From contig DAOUFR010000112.1 of assembly GCA_034429715.1 (NCBI GenBank), forward strand, positions 3,242 to 67,241: DNA of 64,000 bases. The letters run 5' to 3'. The notes under the pieces are model-generated. The model made no database searches. It saw nothing but the letters and a program-made list of their open reading frames with translations, and had not been told where the DNA came from. Both the position numbers and the translations under genes were made by a program. This DNA comes from Dehalococcoidia bacterium. GTDB lineage: Bacteria > Chloroflexota > Dehalococcoidia > GIF9 > UBA5629. Of this stretch, positions 29,097 through 39,171 are shown one piece after another (positions within the stretch are counted from its first letter, which is position 1; each line of letters opens with the position of its first letter).

Positions 29097-30629
29097 TTAG
29101 CTATCGGCCTTCGACGCTTTGGACGGCTTGGCCTGTAGTTCAATCAGCACCTCAGCGGGTGCTGATTGCTGGCTGCGCGGAGCATCACCGATCCTGGTGA
29201 CCCTCTCACGTTTGAGATAAGTACCCCCGGCCACGATTATATCTAACAGAGCCTTGATCATAGTGAAATCCAGGAACTGTTTGTATCCGATGATGAAGAA
29301 AGGTGAATACAGTGCCAACTTGAGATCATCTTCTGCCACCAGTATAGCAATTATGGATAGCAGCAACTGCAACACGGCAAAGAGCGCAAAGGCCATTACC
29401 AGTGTCATCCATTCGCCGTCTATTATCATTATGACCGACGTTACCATAACGACCAGGCTGGCCAGCGGCACCAGTGTCATGGATAACAGCATATAGGGAA
29501 ACGTCAGCTTGTTCATAATTCCAAACCTGGGATTAAAAAAGGCGTCTCGATGTTTCCAGAAATTTTGAAAATCGCCGCGGAACCAGCTCAGACGCTGTCG
29601 GTAAACATCCTTGATAGTCTCCGGCGCCTCTGTGTAACAGACAGCTTCGTTGCTGCCATGAAGGATCTGATGCGCTTTAAGCATCTTGATGGTTATATCG
29701 AAATCCTCAAGCAGATAGTCGGGATCATAGTATCCCGCTTCCTCAAGGGCCGACTTACGAAAAGCGCTGAAAGCACCGGACGCTACGGTCAGGGAGCCGA
29801 AATTCTCAAAAGCCCTCCTCACGATCTGTATCTGGACGATATACTCCAACGCTTGCAGCTTTGTAAGTAGATTATTGCGGTTAAAAACCTTTAAATTTCC
29901 GGCCACGCCCGCCACCTGAGGATCCTCAAAGCCCCTGACCATCTCGTTTATGGCGCCGCGTGCAATCATACTGTCGGCATCCACGGTCATCACTATTTCA
30001 CCCGAGCATATGGCAATGCCCGTATTCAGCGCAGCGAATTTTCCGCCGTTAAGACGCCGGACCACTTTAACACCGCGATGGCTGAACTCGGTGGCCACAG
30101 AATAAGTATTGTCTTTGGAACCATCATCAACCACGATGATCTCTTTATTGGGATAATCGGCCTCGATCAGTGTTTCCAGTGTCCTTGCCAGTACTTTTTC
30201 CTCATTGAATGCAGGTACAATGATACTGACTCTCGGCTTATAGGAGCTTGGCTGGAATACCTCTTTTTTCTGTTTTATTTTGTGGAAAATCGCCAGAGGC
30301 ACGGTGAGGAAATTGATCAGCATGGTAAATACTAAAGAAACCATGAGCACATATATCAGGGCCGAAGGGACCACATCCCAGAGCGTTACCACGAAGATAA
30401 TGAAGATAATGACAAATATCACAAGCAACGACGTGAGATTCTGCCACTGGCTTGGCTTGGACTCACGGGTCTGTTTTCCTTTAAGCGCCCTGGACAGAAA
30501 ATGAAATATAATGATGACGGCTAATGCGCCCAGCGCAATCCAAACCGACTCGACGGGCATAAAGTAGAATATACCCATCAGCAATGTCAGAAAAAGGATA
30601 GCGACGACAAAAACAGCTATATTTCTCAT
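29097..30629 (-). CDS. Membrane-embedded family-2 glycosyltransferase, a processive synthase type (PgaC/cellulose-synthase-like).
   Basis: TM segments flank a GT2 catalytic domain: IVPAFNEE...VVDDGSKDNT, then TVDADS, with a QRLSWFRG (QxxRW-like) motif. Confidence 0.85.
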   Translation of the reverse strand: MRNIAVFVVAILFLTLLMGIFYFMPVESVWIALGALAVIIIFHFLSRALKGKQTRESKPSQWQNLTSLLVIFVIIFIIFVVTLWDVVPSALIYVLMVSLVFTMLINFLTVPLAIFHKIKQKKEVFQPSSYKPRVSIIVPAFNEEKVLARTLETLIEADYPNKEIIVVDDGSKDNTYSVATEFSHRGVKVVRRLNGGKFAALNTGIAICSGEIVMTVDADSMIARGAINEMVRGFEDPQVAGVAGNLKVFNRNNLLTKLQALEYIVQIQIVRRAFENFGSLTVASGAFSAFRKSALEEAGYYDPDYLLEDFDITIKMLKAHQILHGSNEAVCYTEAPETIKDVYRQRLSWFRGDFQNFWKHRDAFFNPRFGIMNKLTFPYMLLSMTLVPLASLVVMVTSVIMIIDGEWMTLVMAFALFAVLQLLLSIIAILVAEDDLKLALYSPFFIIGYKQFLDFTMIKALLDIIVAGGTYLKRERVTRIGDAPRSQQSAPAEVLIELQAKPSKASKADS

Positions 30630-30689
30630 TTCACTCAGCGATTATCGGCCCTGATGCACAGAGTATACCGACTGAATTATTCAAGACAA

Positions 30690-32876
30690 TCACGTCAGTT
30701 TTCTCAGGTCCTGCTGCTCAATAATATCAATTTTTTGCTGCATGGCAAATTGTTTTGCCTGTGTTGATATATCCGACAGCGCCAGGAATACTTTGTTGCG
30801 AATACCTGCATCGAAAGCTGCGGCGTCGAACTTGGACAATTCATCCAGTCCACATACCTGACCGGCCTCGTTGCCGATGCCGATCGCAATAGTGGGTACC
30901 ACTATCTTATCGTCACGCCTGGCGAATATGTCGAATATATGCTCGATGCCTGATTTACCGAGGATCAGGGCCCGCTCATATACTTCGTAGCCCTTATTGC
31001 GGAGGAATCTGACAATGATTCCCCTCGCGTTGGCCGCTGCCGAACCGGAATGGTTTACTCCCGCCTCCACCCTGCTCTGCATTCCTATATTGGAGCGGTC
31101 AAGATGCGTGATATCCGCAACCACCGTTGCCAGGGTCTTTGCTTCAAACGCCCTGATCATCTGACGGCCGGCGAAATTCAATGCTTCCTGGCCGAGCTTG
31201 GGGATCGCTATTACCACTTTGTAGTTAATGCCGATATCATAGGCCCTTGTATCGAATCTGAAGAGAGATTCAAGCCCGACCTCCGGTTCCCCCGATGGGG
31301 CCACCAGGATACCTATACCGAGATTGACCTTGGTGATAATATCGTCCCTGATAGCAAGTACATCCACGGTATGCACTGCGCCGGAACGGCCCGTCAGCTG
31401 AGCCAGCTCATGAACCTGATATCCCCGTTGCTTCAGGAAATCGACAAGCTGTGTTTTCGGTTTCAGCTGGAATTCCAGCCATCCCTTCTTATCGGGGCTG
31501 AACTGGTACGAAGAAGCCTCGACTTCTTTCAGATCCTCAGAGCTCCAAACTTTACGCGTTTTCATATTGCGCCATTTGACGACCGGGACCGTAAATACCT
31601 CGCTACAATCCTGGCACCTGTAGTGTATGCCGACATTGCGATAATCGGTGCCGATCAATCTCAAATCCTTTCGACACTTGGGGCAGACGTACCTGCTGTC
31701 CTGCTTGAAATCCTTATCAAGTCCCACGTATCCGCAGGAAAAATGCTCTACGAGTTGCCCTTTGATGATATTGGAGGAGTCACAGCGCGGGCACCTTTCA
31801 ATGGGAACCAGCTGAAACAATCCGTCGGGATCGACATAAAACTTTTCATACGGTTGTTTGATCAGTATTCCCTCATTGGATAGAGACTCAAGTATGTTTA
31901 TCGTGTCTCCCTCTGAGGTATCGATCAGGCTGCTAACGGACGGGTATGCGTATCCCATTTTGTAGCTGAAATCGACAACCGGATTGATATCGGGAATTTT
32001 ACCGCTTACCAGCGCATCAACCAGTTTGATAACCCTCGCATCCTCGAGAATTGCCGCGCCGGCATCCTCTTGAGATGGCTGTGCCTTGGCCACGTAGGCA
32101 GACTGCTGTGCGGGAGGATTAACTATGACGGGGGAGCTCGGCTTTTTGATATCGCGCCCAAGCGGAGGTACTACTACAGGCGGTTGCTGCTGCATCTGAG
32201 GCGCTGCCGGCCTGGGAACTACTACCACCGGTGGCTCGGGCGCCGGGCTTACCGGCGTCGAAGGCACAGGCGGGGCCGGCGGTACATATGGTTGCTGTAC
32301 AGGCGGCACCTGGGTTGGCGGAGAAGCTTCGTACTGCTGAGGTTCGGGCCGGGATCTGATAATAATCCTTTCCTGTCCCGGGGAAGCAGGCTCCGGGGCA
32401 CGCGCTGGAGCAGCCGCTTCTCTCTGCACGGGTATTGACCTGGAAGGTGGTTTAATAGCTTCTTTCGGGGCAGCGGCCGCCGGCTTTGCGGCTGCATCTT
32501 CCGTAACTCCTTCCGTGCCGGGCCGTCTCAGCAGCGCTTTGGTACGTGCCAGCAACTCCCGCGGGCTGATGGGTTTGCGCAGATAAAGATCAAAACCCAG
32601 CTCCTCTACACGAGACCATGCATCCGAGTCCGGGATAGTCCCGAGAAGAACGATCAAGGCGCCATGCTGCTGCCTTATCTTGAGGCACGCTTCATAGCCG
32701 CTGACATCCGACAGCTCATCGTCAATTATTACGACATCGTAGTTGGTTTTATCCATCATTACCAGACCGTCAAGACACCCCGATGTCCCGTTTGCATCAA
32801 GGCCGCTCTGCTGCAGGATCTCGACGTTTTTCTCTTTTAAGACGGGATCGCTTGAAAGAAAGAGAATTTGACTCAT
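30690..32876 (-). CDS. Atypical response regulator: REC domain, Pro-rich linker, Cys4 zinc-ribbon region, and two tandem restriction-endonuclease-fold-like modules.
   Basis: REC has the acidic pocket DVVIIDDELSD and the K (LRKP). The linker is about 120 aa and Pro-rich. The Cys ribbon is CPRCDSS...CPKCRKD...CQDC. The two roughly 110-aa repeats carry G(R/K)SG..H..D(V/I).A.RDD...IGIG, reminiscent of Hjc/Mrr SxGxxD(I/V)(V/I)A. Confidence 0.6.
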   Translation of the reverse strand: MSQILFLSSDPVLKEKNVEILQQSGLDANGTSGCLDGLVMMDKTNYDVVIIDDELSDVSGYEACLKIRQQHGALIVLLGTIPDSDAWSRVEELGFDLYLRKPISPRELLARTKALLRRPGTEGVTEDAAAKPAAAAPKEAIKPPSRSIPVQREAAAPARAPEPASPGQERIIIRSRPEPQQYEASPPTQVPPVQQPYVPPAPPVPSTPVSPAPEPPVVVVPRPAAPQMQQQPPVVVPPLGRDIKKPSSPVIVNPPAQQSAYVAKAQPSQEDAGAAILEDARVIKLVDALVSGKIPDINPVVDFSYKMGYAYPSVSSLIDTSEGDTINILESLSNEGILIKQPYEKFYVDPDGLFQLVPIERCPRCDSSNIIKGQLVEHFSCGYVGLDKDFKQDSRYVCPKCRKDLRLIGTDYRNVGIHYRCQDCSEVFTVPVVKWRNMKTRKVWSSEDLKEVEASSYQFSPDKKGWLEFQLKPKTQLVDFLKQRGYQVHELAQLTGRSGAVHTVDVLAIRDDIITKVNLGIGILVAPSGEPEVGLESLFRFDTRAYDIGINYKVVIAIPKLGQEALNFAGRQMIRAFEAKTLATVVADITHLDRSNIGMQSRVEAGVNHSGSAAANARGIIVRFLRNKGYEVYERALILGKSGIEHIFDIFARRDDKIVVPTIAIGIGNEAGQVCGLDELSKFDAAAFDAGIRNKVFLALSDISTQAKQFAMQQKIDIIEQQDLRKLT

Positions 32877-32921
32877 ATCCAGTCCCTCACGCTTATAATG
32901 TTCGTATTTTTTTCCTTTGCT

Positions 32922-33671
32922 TTATATATACTCGACCGCATTCCGGGCGATTTTATATCCGTTTTCTTCCTGGATAATTATTTGCGGGCTATCGGGATTT
33001 TCTTCCAATTTTTCACGCAGGTGGCGTATATATTGCTGCAGATTTGATGTGCAATCCACATATTCTATACCCCAGACCTTGGTGAGTATGTCGTCCCCCG
33101 ATATCGTCTTGCCTTCATGCGAGACAAGATATTTAAGAAGGTTTAATTCGGTGGTCGAGAGTTTAACCTGTTCCCCGTTCTTCTGAACCGTGCCTGCTGA
33201 TACGTTCATCCTGATTCTCTTTGCTGCAGGCACACTCCTGGCTTCGGTCGCCGGTGCAGCTTTAACTTCCACGCTCTTTTTAGGGGCCTCTCTTTTGCCA
33301 CGGTGCCTGAATACAGCCTTCACGCGAGCGAGAAGCTCGTTATGATTAAAAGGCTTCACAATATAATCATCCGCACCCATCTCCAGACCCCTCACTTTAT
33401 CCGTCTCGTCACCCCTTATCGTGAGTATAACGATGGGTATATCGCTGTAGCTGCGTATCTCCTTCAGAACCTTCATACCGTCCATGTCAGGTAACCCGAG
33501 GTCCAGAATGATCATAGCGGGTGATTCAGACTTCATCAATGCGAGTCCCTCTGCACCCTTTACGGCCGGTATTATCTTGACTTCGGGCATGTGCATCTCG
33601 AATATCAGATTGGTTACTTCCCTGATATCGGCGTTATCCTCTATGAGCAGGATTTTCAATTGTCCCGGCAT
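32922..33671 (-). CDS. OmpR/PhoB-family response regulator: REC plus winged-helix, joined by a long Ala/Lys-rich linker.
   Basis: REC has ILLIEDN...IILDLGLPDMDG...YIVKPF. The C-terminal LT..E..LL..L......G...S...I...VWG is trans_reg_C. Confidence 0.85.
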   Translation of the reverse strand: MPGQLKILLIEDNADIREVTNLIFEMHMPEVKIIPAVKGAEGLALMKSESPAMIILDLGLPDMDGMKVLKEIRSYSDIPIVILTIRGDETDKVRGLEMGADDYIVKPFNHNELLARVKAVFRHRGKREAPKKSVEVKAAPATEARSVPAAKRIRMNVSAGTVQKNGEQVKLSTTELNLLKYLVSHEGKTISGDDILTKVWGIEYVDCTSNLQQYIRHLREKLEENPDSPQIIIQEENGYKIARNAVEYI

Positions 33672-33688
33672 ACGACTATTACTCCACC

Positions 33689-34927
33689 TTATTTTTCATG
33701 TATCGGCAACGAGAAAGAGAAGGTGCTACCTTTGCCGACATCGCTCTGCACCCAGATTGCACCCCCATGTAACTCCACAATTTGCTTGCTGATGGCCAGC
33801 CCCAATCCCAATCCGGGTATTCCCGACCTATCAGAAGACGGATGATAATAAGGGATGAACAGCTTCCGTTTCTCTTCATTGGGAATGCCCGGTCCCGTGT
33901 CCTGCACGTTGATCACCAACCTGTTCCCATCCTTGGCTGCCCTGAGAAAGATCTGTCCGCCTTCCGGTGTAAATTTAATTGCATTGGATAAAAGATTCAA
34001 CAACACCTGTTCAATACGCTGATCGTCAGCATTGATCTTAATGTAAGGTTCCACTTCCAAACTGAGCGTCTGCTTTTTCTGCCTGGCCAGTGACAATACC
34101 TGGTCAGCGACCTCAGCAGCCAGCATCGAGAAGTCGAAGTCCTTCTTTGCAATACCGTATGATTCATCCTTATTTTTAGACAGGTTGATCAATTCGTTCA
34201 GGCGGTTTTGCAGGCTCGATGCGCTACGCGAAATATTCTCGGCCAGTTTAAGCAAAACCGTCTCGTGCCGCCTGTCCAATTCCTCAATCAACAGGCCTGT
34301 GGAAGCTATGATGGCGGTAAGAGGCGTCTTCAACTCGTGGCTCAAAGCGCTTAAAAACAGATGTGTATGTGTAATCTCATCTTGTTGTTTGGCAGCCTCG
34401 TTATCAACAGGCCCGCTCGAAACTTTACGACAAACCTCCGATATGCTGGCACTGACGGCTGCCATTAATTTGAGTTCATTGACCGTAAAGATATCTGCCT
34501 TGGCAGATAATCCGCCGATAATCCCCAGCAGTTGTCCCCCCGAGATTATCGGGGAGGCGATAAACGACAGGAGCCCGCTTTGTACGGCTGATTCCCAGCG
34601 GTAGTTGGCATCGTTCGCCATATCGTTGCAAAATAGCGGTTTGCGTGTCTGAGCCACTACTCCGATGATGTCATTGCCCACGGTCATTGCCTCCAGTTCC
34701 TTGACAAGTTGATCCGGTAAACCGTGGTGCAATACCAGCGTCAGAGTTTTATTACCCGGGCTGTACTTTTGTACCCAGCAGACATCAAGATCAATTACAT
34801 TCCCGAGCTCCCAGAGCACACCGTCCAGTACCTCCCTTTCCGACAACGAACTGGATACGATATCGGAGATATCAGATAGAACGTATAGATACTTGTTCTT
34901 TTGTTGTCCCTGTTGCTGCATACGCAA
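33689..34927 (-). CDS. Cytoplasmic sensor histidine kinase with GAF, HisKA and HATPase_c domains.
   Basis: There are no TM segments. The GAF region is followed by the H-box [15 protein letters not shown] and then N, G1 and G2 boxes ([26 protein letters not shown]). Confidence 0.85.
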   Translation of the reverse strand: MRMQQQGQQKNKYLYVLSDISDIVSSSLSEREVLDGVLWELGNVIDLDVCWVQKYSPGNKTLTLVLHHGLPDQLVKELEAMTVGNDIIGVVAQTRKPLFCNDMANDANYRWESAVQSGLLSFIASPIISGGQLLGIIGGLSAKADIFTVNELKLMAAVSASISEVCRKVSSGPVDNEAAKQQDEITHTHLFLSALSHELKTPLTAIIASTGLLIEELDRRHETVLLKLAENISRSASSLQNRLNELINLSKNKDESYGIAKKDFDFSMLAAEVADQVLSLARQKKQTLSLEVEPYIKINADDQRIEQVLLNLLSNAIKFTPEGGQIFLRAAKDGNRLVINVQDTGPGIPNEEKRKLFIPYYHPSSDRSGIPGLGLGLAISKQIVELHGGAIWVQSDVGKGSTFSFSLPIHEK

Positions 34928-35112
34928 TCAGCTTCCATTATAACTAAAATCATCAATATGTCAATCGCAGCAGCCCGAAAAAGCTCCTGCGACTTACGAT
35001 GCGACAATCATAACACGACCACACTGATCACATTTTGACACGGTTTCATCTCACAGTTAAACTATGCATAATCTGATTGATTGGTAAATTAATAAATATC
35101 TGTGAGGGAAAA

Positions 35113-36447
35113 ATGGCAAGGGCAGAATTAACCGTTAACGATCTGAGAAATCTGGAAAGCAGGATCCGGGATAAATCAGCTGACATCGGGGTTGTAGGTT
35201 TGGGATACGTGGGATTGCCCCTGGCGCTGGCCTTTGCCGAAGCAGGATTCAATGTAACCGGCGTTGACGCCGATAAGGGACGGGTTAATAAGATTACACG
35301 GGGCATATCTTACCTGCTGGATATAGAATCTGCACGCCTTAAAAAGGCTGTTGCCAAAGGAAGATTAAAGGCAACCACCAGCCAATCGGCGCTGCGCAGA
35401 GTAGATACTATCATTATCTGTGTTCCCACCCCGCTTACTAAAACCAAGGAGCCTGATCTGACCTATATCGTCAGCGCCACCAACGATATCGCACGTTTTC
35501 TGAGGCTGGGGCATCTGGTTATTCTGGAGAGCACTACCTACCCGGGCACCACGCGGGAGATTGTGCTGCCGATATTGGAATCCACCGGGCTTAAAGTGGG
35601 CGTAGATTATTTCCTGACCTTTTCACCCGAACGTATCGATCCGGGCAGCCGGAAATTTACAATCAAAAACACGCCCAAGATAGTCGGTGGTATGGAACCC
35701 ACATCCACGAAGCTCGCCGCGTTGCTCTACCGGCATGTTTCAGACAGGGTGCTCGAAGTATCCACGCCGGAAGTAGCCGAGATGGACAAGGTCTTCGAGA
35801 ATGTATTCCGCAGTGTGAATATCGCTCTGGTAAACGAGCTCGCCAAACTCTGCGAAAAGATGAAGATTAATGTGTGGGAGGTCATCAAGTCCGCTTCCAC
35901 AAAACCCTTTGGATATATGCCGTTCTATCCGGGTCCCGGTGTGGGCGGGCATTGCATTCCTCTTGATCCGTACTATCTCGCCAGCAAAGCCAGGGAGTAT
36001 TTTTTCCATACAAGGTTCATCGAGCTGGCTGCCGAAATCAATGAAACGATGCCTGAGTACATTGTCGAGCAAACCGTGGCTGCGCTCAACACAAGAAGTA
36101 AAAGCCTGAAAGGGTCAAAAATTCTTATACTGGGTGTGGCCTACAAGAAAGACATCGAGGACGTCAGAGAGTCACCAGCATTAAGGGTTATCGAACTGTT
36201 GATCGAGAAGAAAGCTGCGGTGCACTACCATGATCCTTACATCCCCGATTTCAGGGAGGGCAACCATAAGCTCCGCTCGATCAAACTCACAAAAAAAGTA
36301 TTCGGCAATTATGATTGCGTACTAATCGTGACCGATCATAGTTGCTATGACCTGAAATCGATAGCAAAGGAAGCAAAGCTGATATTCGATACGCGCGGAT
36401 GCACGGTTGGCATCAACGCCGCAAACATCATCCGCCTTGGCGAATAG
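35113..36447 (+). CDS. Nucleotide-sugar dehydrogenase (UDP-glucose/UDP-ManNAc 6-dehydrogenase family).
   Basis: IGVVGLGYVGLPLALAFAEAGF is the NAD motif, and GGHCIPLDPYYL holds the catalytic Cys. Start set at 35113, which is preceded by GAGGGA. Confidence 0.85.
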   Translation: MARAELTVNDLRNLESRIRDKSADIGVVGLGYVGLPLALAFAEAGFNVTGVDADKGRVNKITRGISYLLDIESARLKKAVAKGRLKATTSQSALRRVDTIIICVPTPLTKTKEPDLTYIVSATNDIARFLRLGHLVILESTTYPGTTREIVLPILESTGLKVGVDYFLTFSPERIDPGSRKFTIKNTPKIVGGMEPTSTKLAALLYRHVSDRVLEVSTPEVAEMDKVFENVFRSVNIALVNELAKLCEKMKINVWEVIKSASTKPFGYMPFYPGPGVGGHCIPLDPYYLASKAREYFFHTRFIELAAEINETMPEYIVEQTVAALNTRSKSLKGSKILILGVAYKKDIEDVRESPALRVIELLIEKKAAVHYHDPYIPDFREGNHKLRSIKLTKKVFGNYDCVLIVTDHSCYDLKSIAKEAKLIFDTRGCTVGINAANIIRLGE

Positions 36448-36474
36448 GTCTTTATCAGGTTAACGGCGGCCGCA

Positions 36475-37302
36475 TCAAGCTCGTTGCGTGACTTTCTTTA
36501 TCTGGCTGTCCATTACCGATTGCACCAATCCAGGAAAGAGCCTCTTCATGAAATACGTGTACTTGGTGCCGGAACCCGGCAGGATAAGGAACTGCCCTCT
36601 GCCCATGCCGGCCACTACCTCCCTGGCAACATCAATCGGTTTGATGAGGGAAGCGGATGAAGAAACAGCCGCGGTCTCCTCGGGTCTAATCTTCTTGGAT
36701 CTTTCGAGCATCGGTGTATCGACATCGGGGGGACATAGCACGGAAACGGAGATATTGAACCTCTTCAATTCACTTCTCAGAGCCTCAGATAGGCCTATCA
36801 CAGCAAACTTGGATGCGCTGTAGGCGCTTAAGCCATAGACCCCTATATAACCCGCAACAGAGGACACATTAACTATATATCCGCCGTGCTTCTTCATATA
36901 GGGAAGTAGTATTGCTATGGTATTCCATGTACCGTGCAGATTAATATGAACGATTTCATCGAATCTGGCATAGGGAATATCTTCAAACCGCTGGGGAAAT
37001 GAAACGCCTGCGCTGTTTATCAGGATATCCGGGGCGCCGAAATCGGACACAGCCTTATTGAGGATATTTTCGACCTGTGTGTGCTGAGATACATCGAGCC
37101 TGACCGCCAGAAAACGTTGTCTCTGTGTTACCCTGTTCCGCTCTATTTGCGCAAGGGCACTATCGAGTTGCTGCTGGCCACGTGCAAAGATCGCCACATC
37201 GGCACCCCGGGTGGCCAGCAGCTCCGCACAGGCCAGGCCTATGCCGCTTGACCCTCCCGTAATAAAGGCAACTTTCCCGGAAAAGTCTTTAAACTTCATC
37301 AT
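36475..37302 (-). CDS. Short-chain dehydrogenase/reductase (SDR).
   Basis: TGGSSGIG glycine motif and the YSASK catalytic tetrad element. Confidence 0.85.
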   Translation of the reverse strand: MMKFKDFSGKVAFITGGSSGIGLACAELLATRGADVAIFARGQQQLDSALAQIERNRVTQRQRFLAVRLDVSQHTQVENILNKAVSDFGAPDILINSAGVSFPQRFEDIPYARFDEIVHINLHGTWNTIAILLPYMKKHGGYIVNVSSVAGYIGVYGLSAYSASKFAVIGLSEALRSELKRFNISVSVLCPPDVDTPMLERSKKIRPEETAAVSSSASLIKPIDVAREVVAGMGRGQFLILPGSGTKYTYFMKRLFPGLVQSVMDSQIKKVTQRA

Positions 37303-37405
37303 CTGTCAACCACCTTTGTGCTTACGCTGTTTCCAGCACATAGTTTTATTCAAGCCTGAATCAGGGCTATATTAGCTGCTGCATAAACTGATGTAAAGCG
37401 CAGTT

Positions 37406-38902
37406 CTAACCCAGGTCTACCAGGTTCTTCATACCCGAGCGCAAGCGGGAGAGCTGAATAAAATGCGTGGGATTAATGAAGAGCTCCGTGAGGTCGGCTA
37501 TGTCATCAATTGTCGCACCTTTCTTCAGCAGGTACAGCAGGTACTGGAACGAGTCCTTTCCCCCATAGCCCACATGCTGGGCGCCCAGGAATTTACGTGT
37601 CTTGGCATCATAGATAATCTTCTGGAACCCGGACAGGTCCGGCCACTGGTGGGCATATTCCATAGTTCCTTCAGCCAGGGGCAATGGCAGCCAGTTCTTG
37701 TATCCCTGTATGGGCATCCTGGCTACAAAGACCTGCCCTACTTTCTCTTTGGCCTCTTTCTCGGTCATGCCAACCCAGGTGGTCTCATAGAAGGTATGCA
37801 AAGTGTCAGCGAACAGATCAGTCTCAAACTCTGCGGGAGCGCCGAGGATATTCTTGGCTGCCATCATACCGCCCTGCCTGGCCTTCCACATCTCCATGAC
37901 TCCGCCCGTGATATCGCCGCTGGCGTATATCCCGGGCACGTTGGTTGCCATGTGTTTGTCAATTACTATCTCTTTCTTAGGGCCGGTTTTCACACCGACC
38001 GGAGTGACAATATCTGAACGCGGCGTGCACCCTGTTCCCAGATAGACAAGATCTGCCTTAATTACCTTCTCCACGCCGTCTTTTCCCCTGACCGTCACAG
38101 ATTTGACCGAGCCGCTGCCGTTTATAGAGACCAGCGTGGTCTCGTCAAGCACCGGCAGGCCCCTGATCTTCATCATGCGGAGAGTATAATCCCTCACATC
38201 ATCATCGATGGGGAACTGGCTGAGCGCCGGCATCATTTCGACCACGGTGGTGTTGCAGCCTACCGCATTGAAAAAGGCTGCCCAGGGCAGACCGCTCTTG
38301 GAGGCGCCCACTACCACGACATCTTTGGGCTCGTAATCGAGCTCCAGAAAGTCTGCATAAGTATATACCCCCTTAAGGTTGGTTCCGGGCACAGGCGGCA
38401 CCGAGGGGCCGGCGCCCGCCGCTACGATGATGTTCTTTGTTTTGAACTCGCCCTTACCCTGGACGGCGACGGTGTGCGCATCAAGCACGGAAGCCCTCTG
38501 ATTGAGCAAGAACTGAAGCTTGAGTTGCTCCTTGCTCTGATGGAACATGAAATCGAAGACATACTCTCGCCCGATAATGAAATCTCTTAAAACGGGCAGA
38601 ATTTCGACTTTACCGTTTTTCCTGGGGAACTTGGGCCAGTATTCTTTCTTATCCCAGATCCTCGCCTTATCCAGCTCAACTGCTATCTCATATAGATAAT
38701 GGTGCAGCACACAGGCGTTCTTGCAGCACTTTCCACCCAGGTGATTGTCCGCCTCGATGGTGAGTTGGTTACCGCCCATAGCGCGGAAATAGGATGAGCC
38801 GAACCTTCCTGAAGCTCCGCCACCGATGAAGATAGCGTCCCATTCCCTGGTAGTCGAATCATAATTGTCATAGGGCCTTCTGTTATCGTAAAAAGTTGTC
38901 AT
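37406..38902 (-). CDS. FAD-dependent pyridine-nucleotide-disulfide oxidoreductase (class I, lipoamide-dehydrogenase-like fold).
   Basis: GGGASG FAD motif. The redox-active region GGKCCKNAC reads CxxxxC with an extra Cys. There is a second Rossmann, VVVGASKSG, and a C-terminal dimerisation domain. Confidence 0.75.
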   Translation of the reverse strand: MTTFYDNRRPYDNYDSTTREWDAIFIGGGASGRFGSSYFRAMGGNQLTIEADNHLGGKCCKNACVLHHYLYEIAVELDKARIWDKKEYWPKFPRKNGKVEILPVLRDFIIGREYVFDFMFHQSKEQLKLQFLLNQRASVLDAHTVAVQGKGEFKTKNIIVAAGAGPSVPPVPGTNLKGVYTYADFLELDYEPKDVVVVGASKSGLPWAAFFNAVGCNTTVVEMMPALSQFPIDDDVRDYTLRMMKIRGLPVLDETTLVSINGSGSVKSVTVRGKDGVEKVIKADLVYLGTGCTPRSDIVTPVGVKTGPKKEIVIDKHMATNVPGIYASGDITGGVMEMWKARQGGMMAAKNILGAPAEFETDLFADTLHTFYETTWVGMTEKEAKEKVGQVFVARMPIQGYKNWLPLPLAEGTMEYAHQWPDLSGFQKIIYDAKTRKFLGAQHVGYGGKDSFQYLLYLLKKGATIDDIADLTELFINPTHFIQLSRLRSGMKNLVDLG

Positions 38903-38934
38903 CTTTTCTCTCCTGCGTAATAGTCAACCGGAGT

Positions 38935-39150
38935 TCAGTCCTTCAACACATGTGTGACTGTACGAACACAGTCAAGCCTGTTGCAGGTTGTCTCCAGCTT
39001 GTCGATGTTTTTAAAAGCCAATCCGAAGTTGTCGGCATTCAGCTTGACCTTGCAGACAAAGCATTTGAGCTTGCCGGCAACGAGGTTGTCCCAGATTCCC
39101 AGGTATTGAAGGTGATCCTTGATTTCGCCCTGATAAGACTGCAGACGCAT
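38935..39150 (-). CDS. Hypothetical 71-aa protein.
   Basis: Short ORF between the LarA-like gene and the oxidoreductase on the same strand. It has CFVC...C..C cysteines. Coding status is uncertain. Confidence 0.3.
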   Translation of the reverse strand: MRLQSYQGEIKDHLQYLGIWDNLVAGKLKCFVCKVKLNADNFGLAFKNIDKLETTCNRLDCVRTVTHVLKD

Positions 39151-39171
39151 CTTACGCCTCCTGATTTTATA

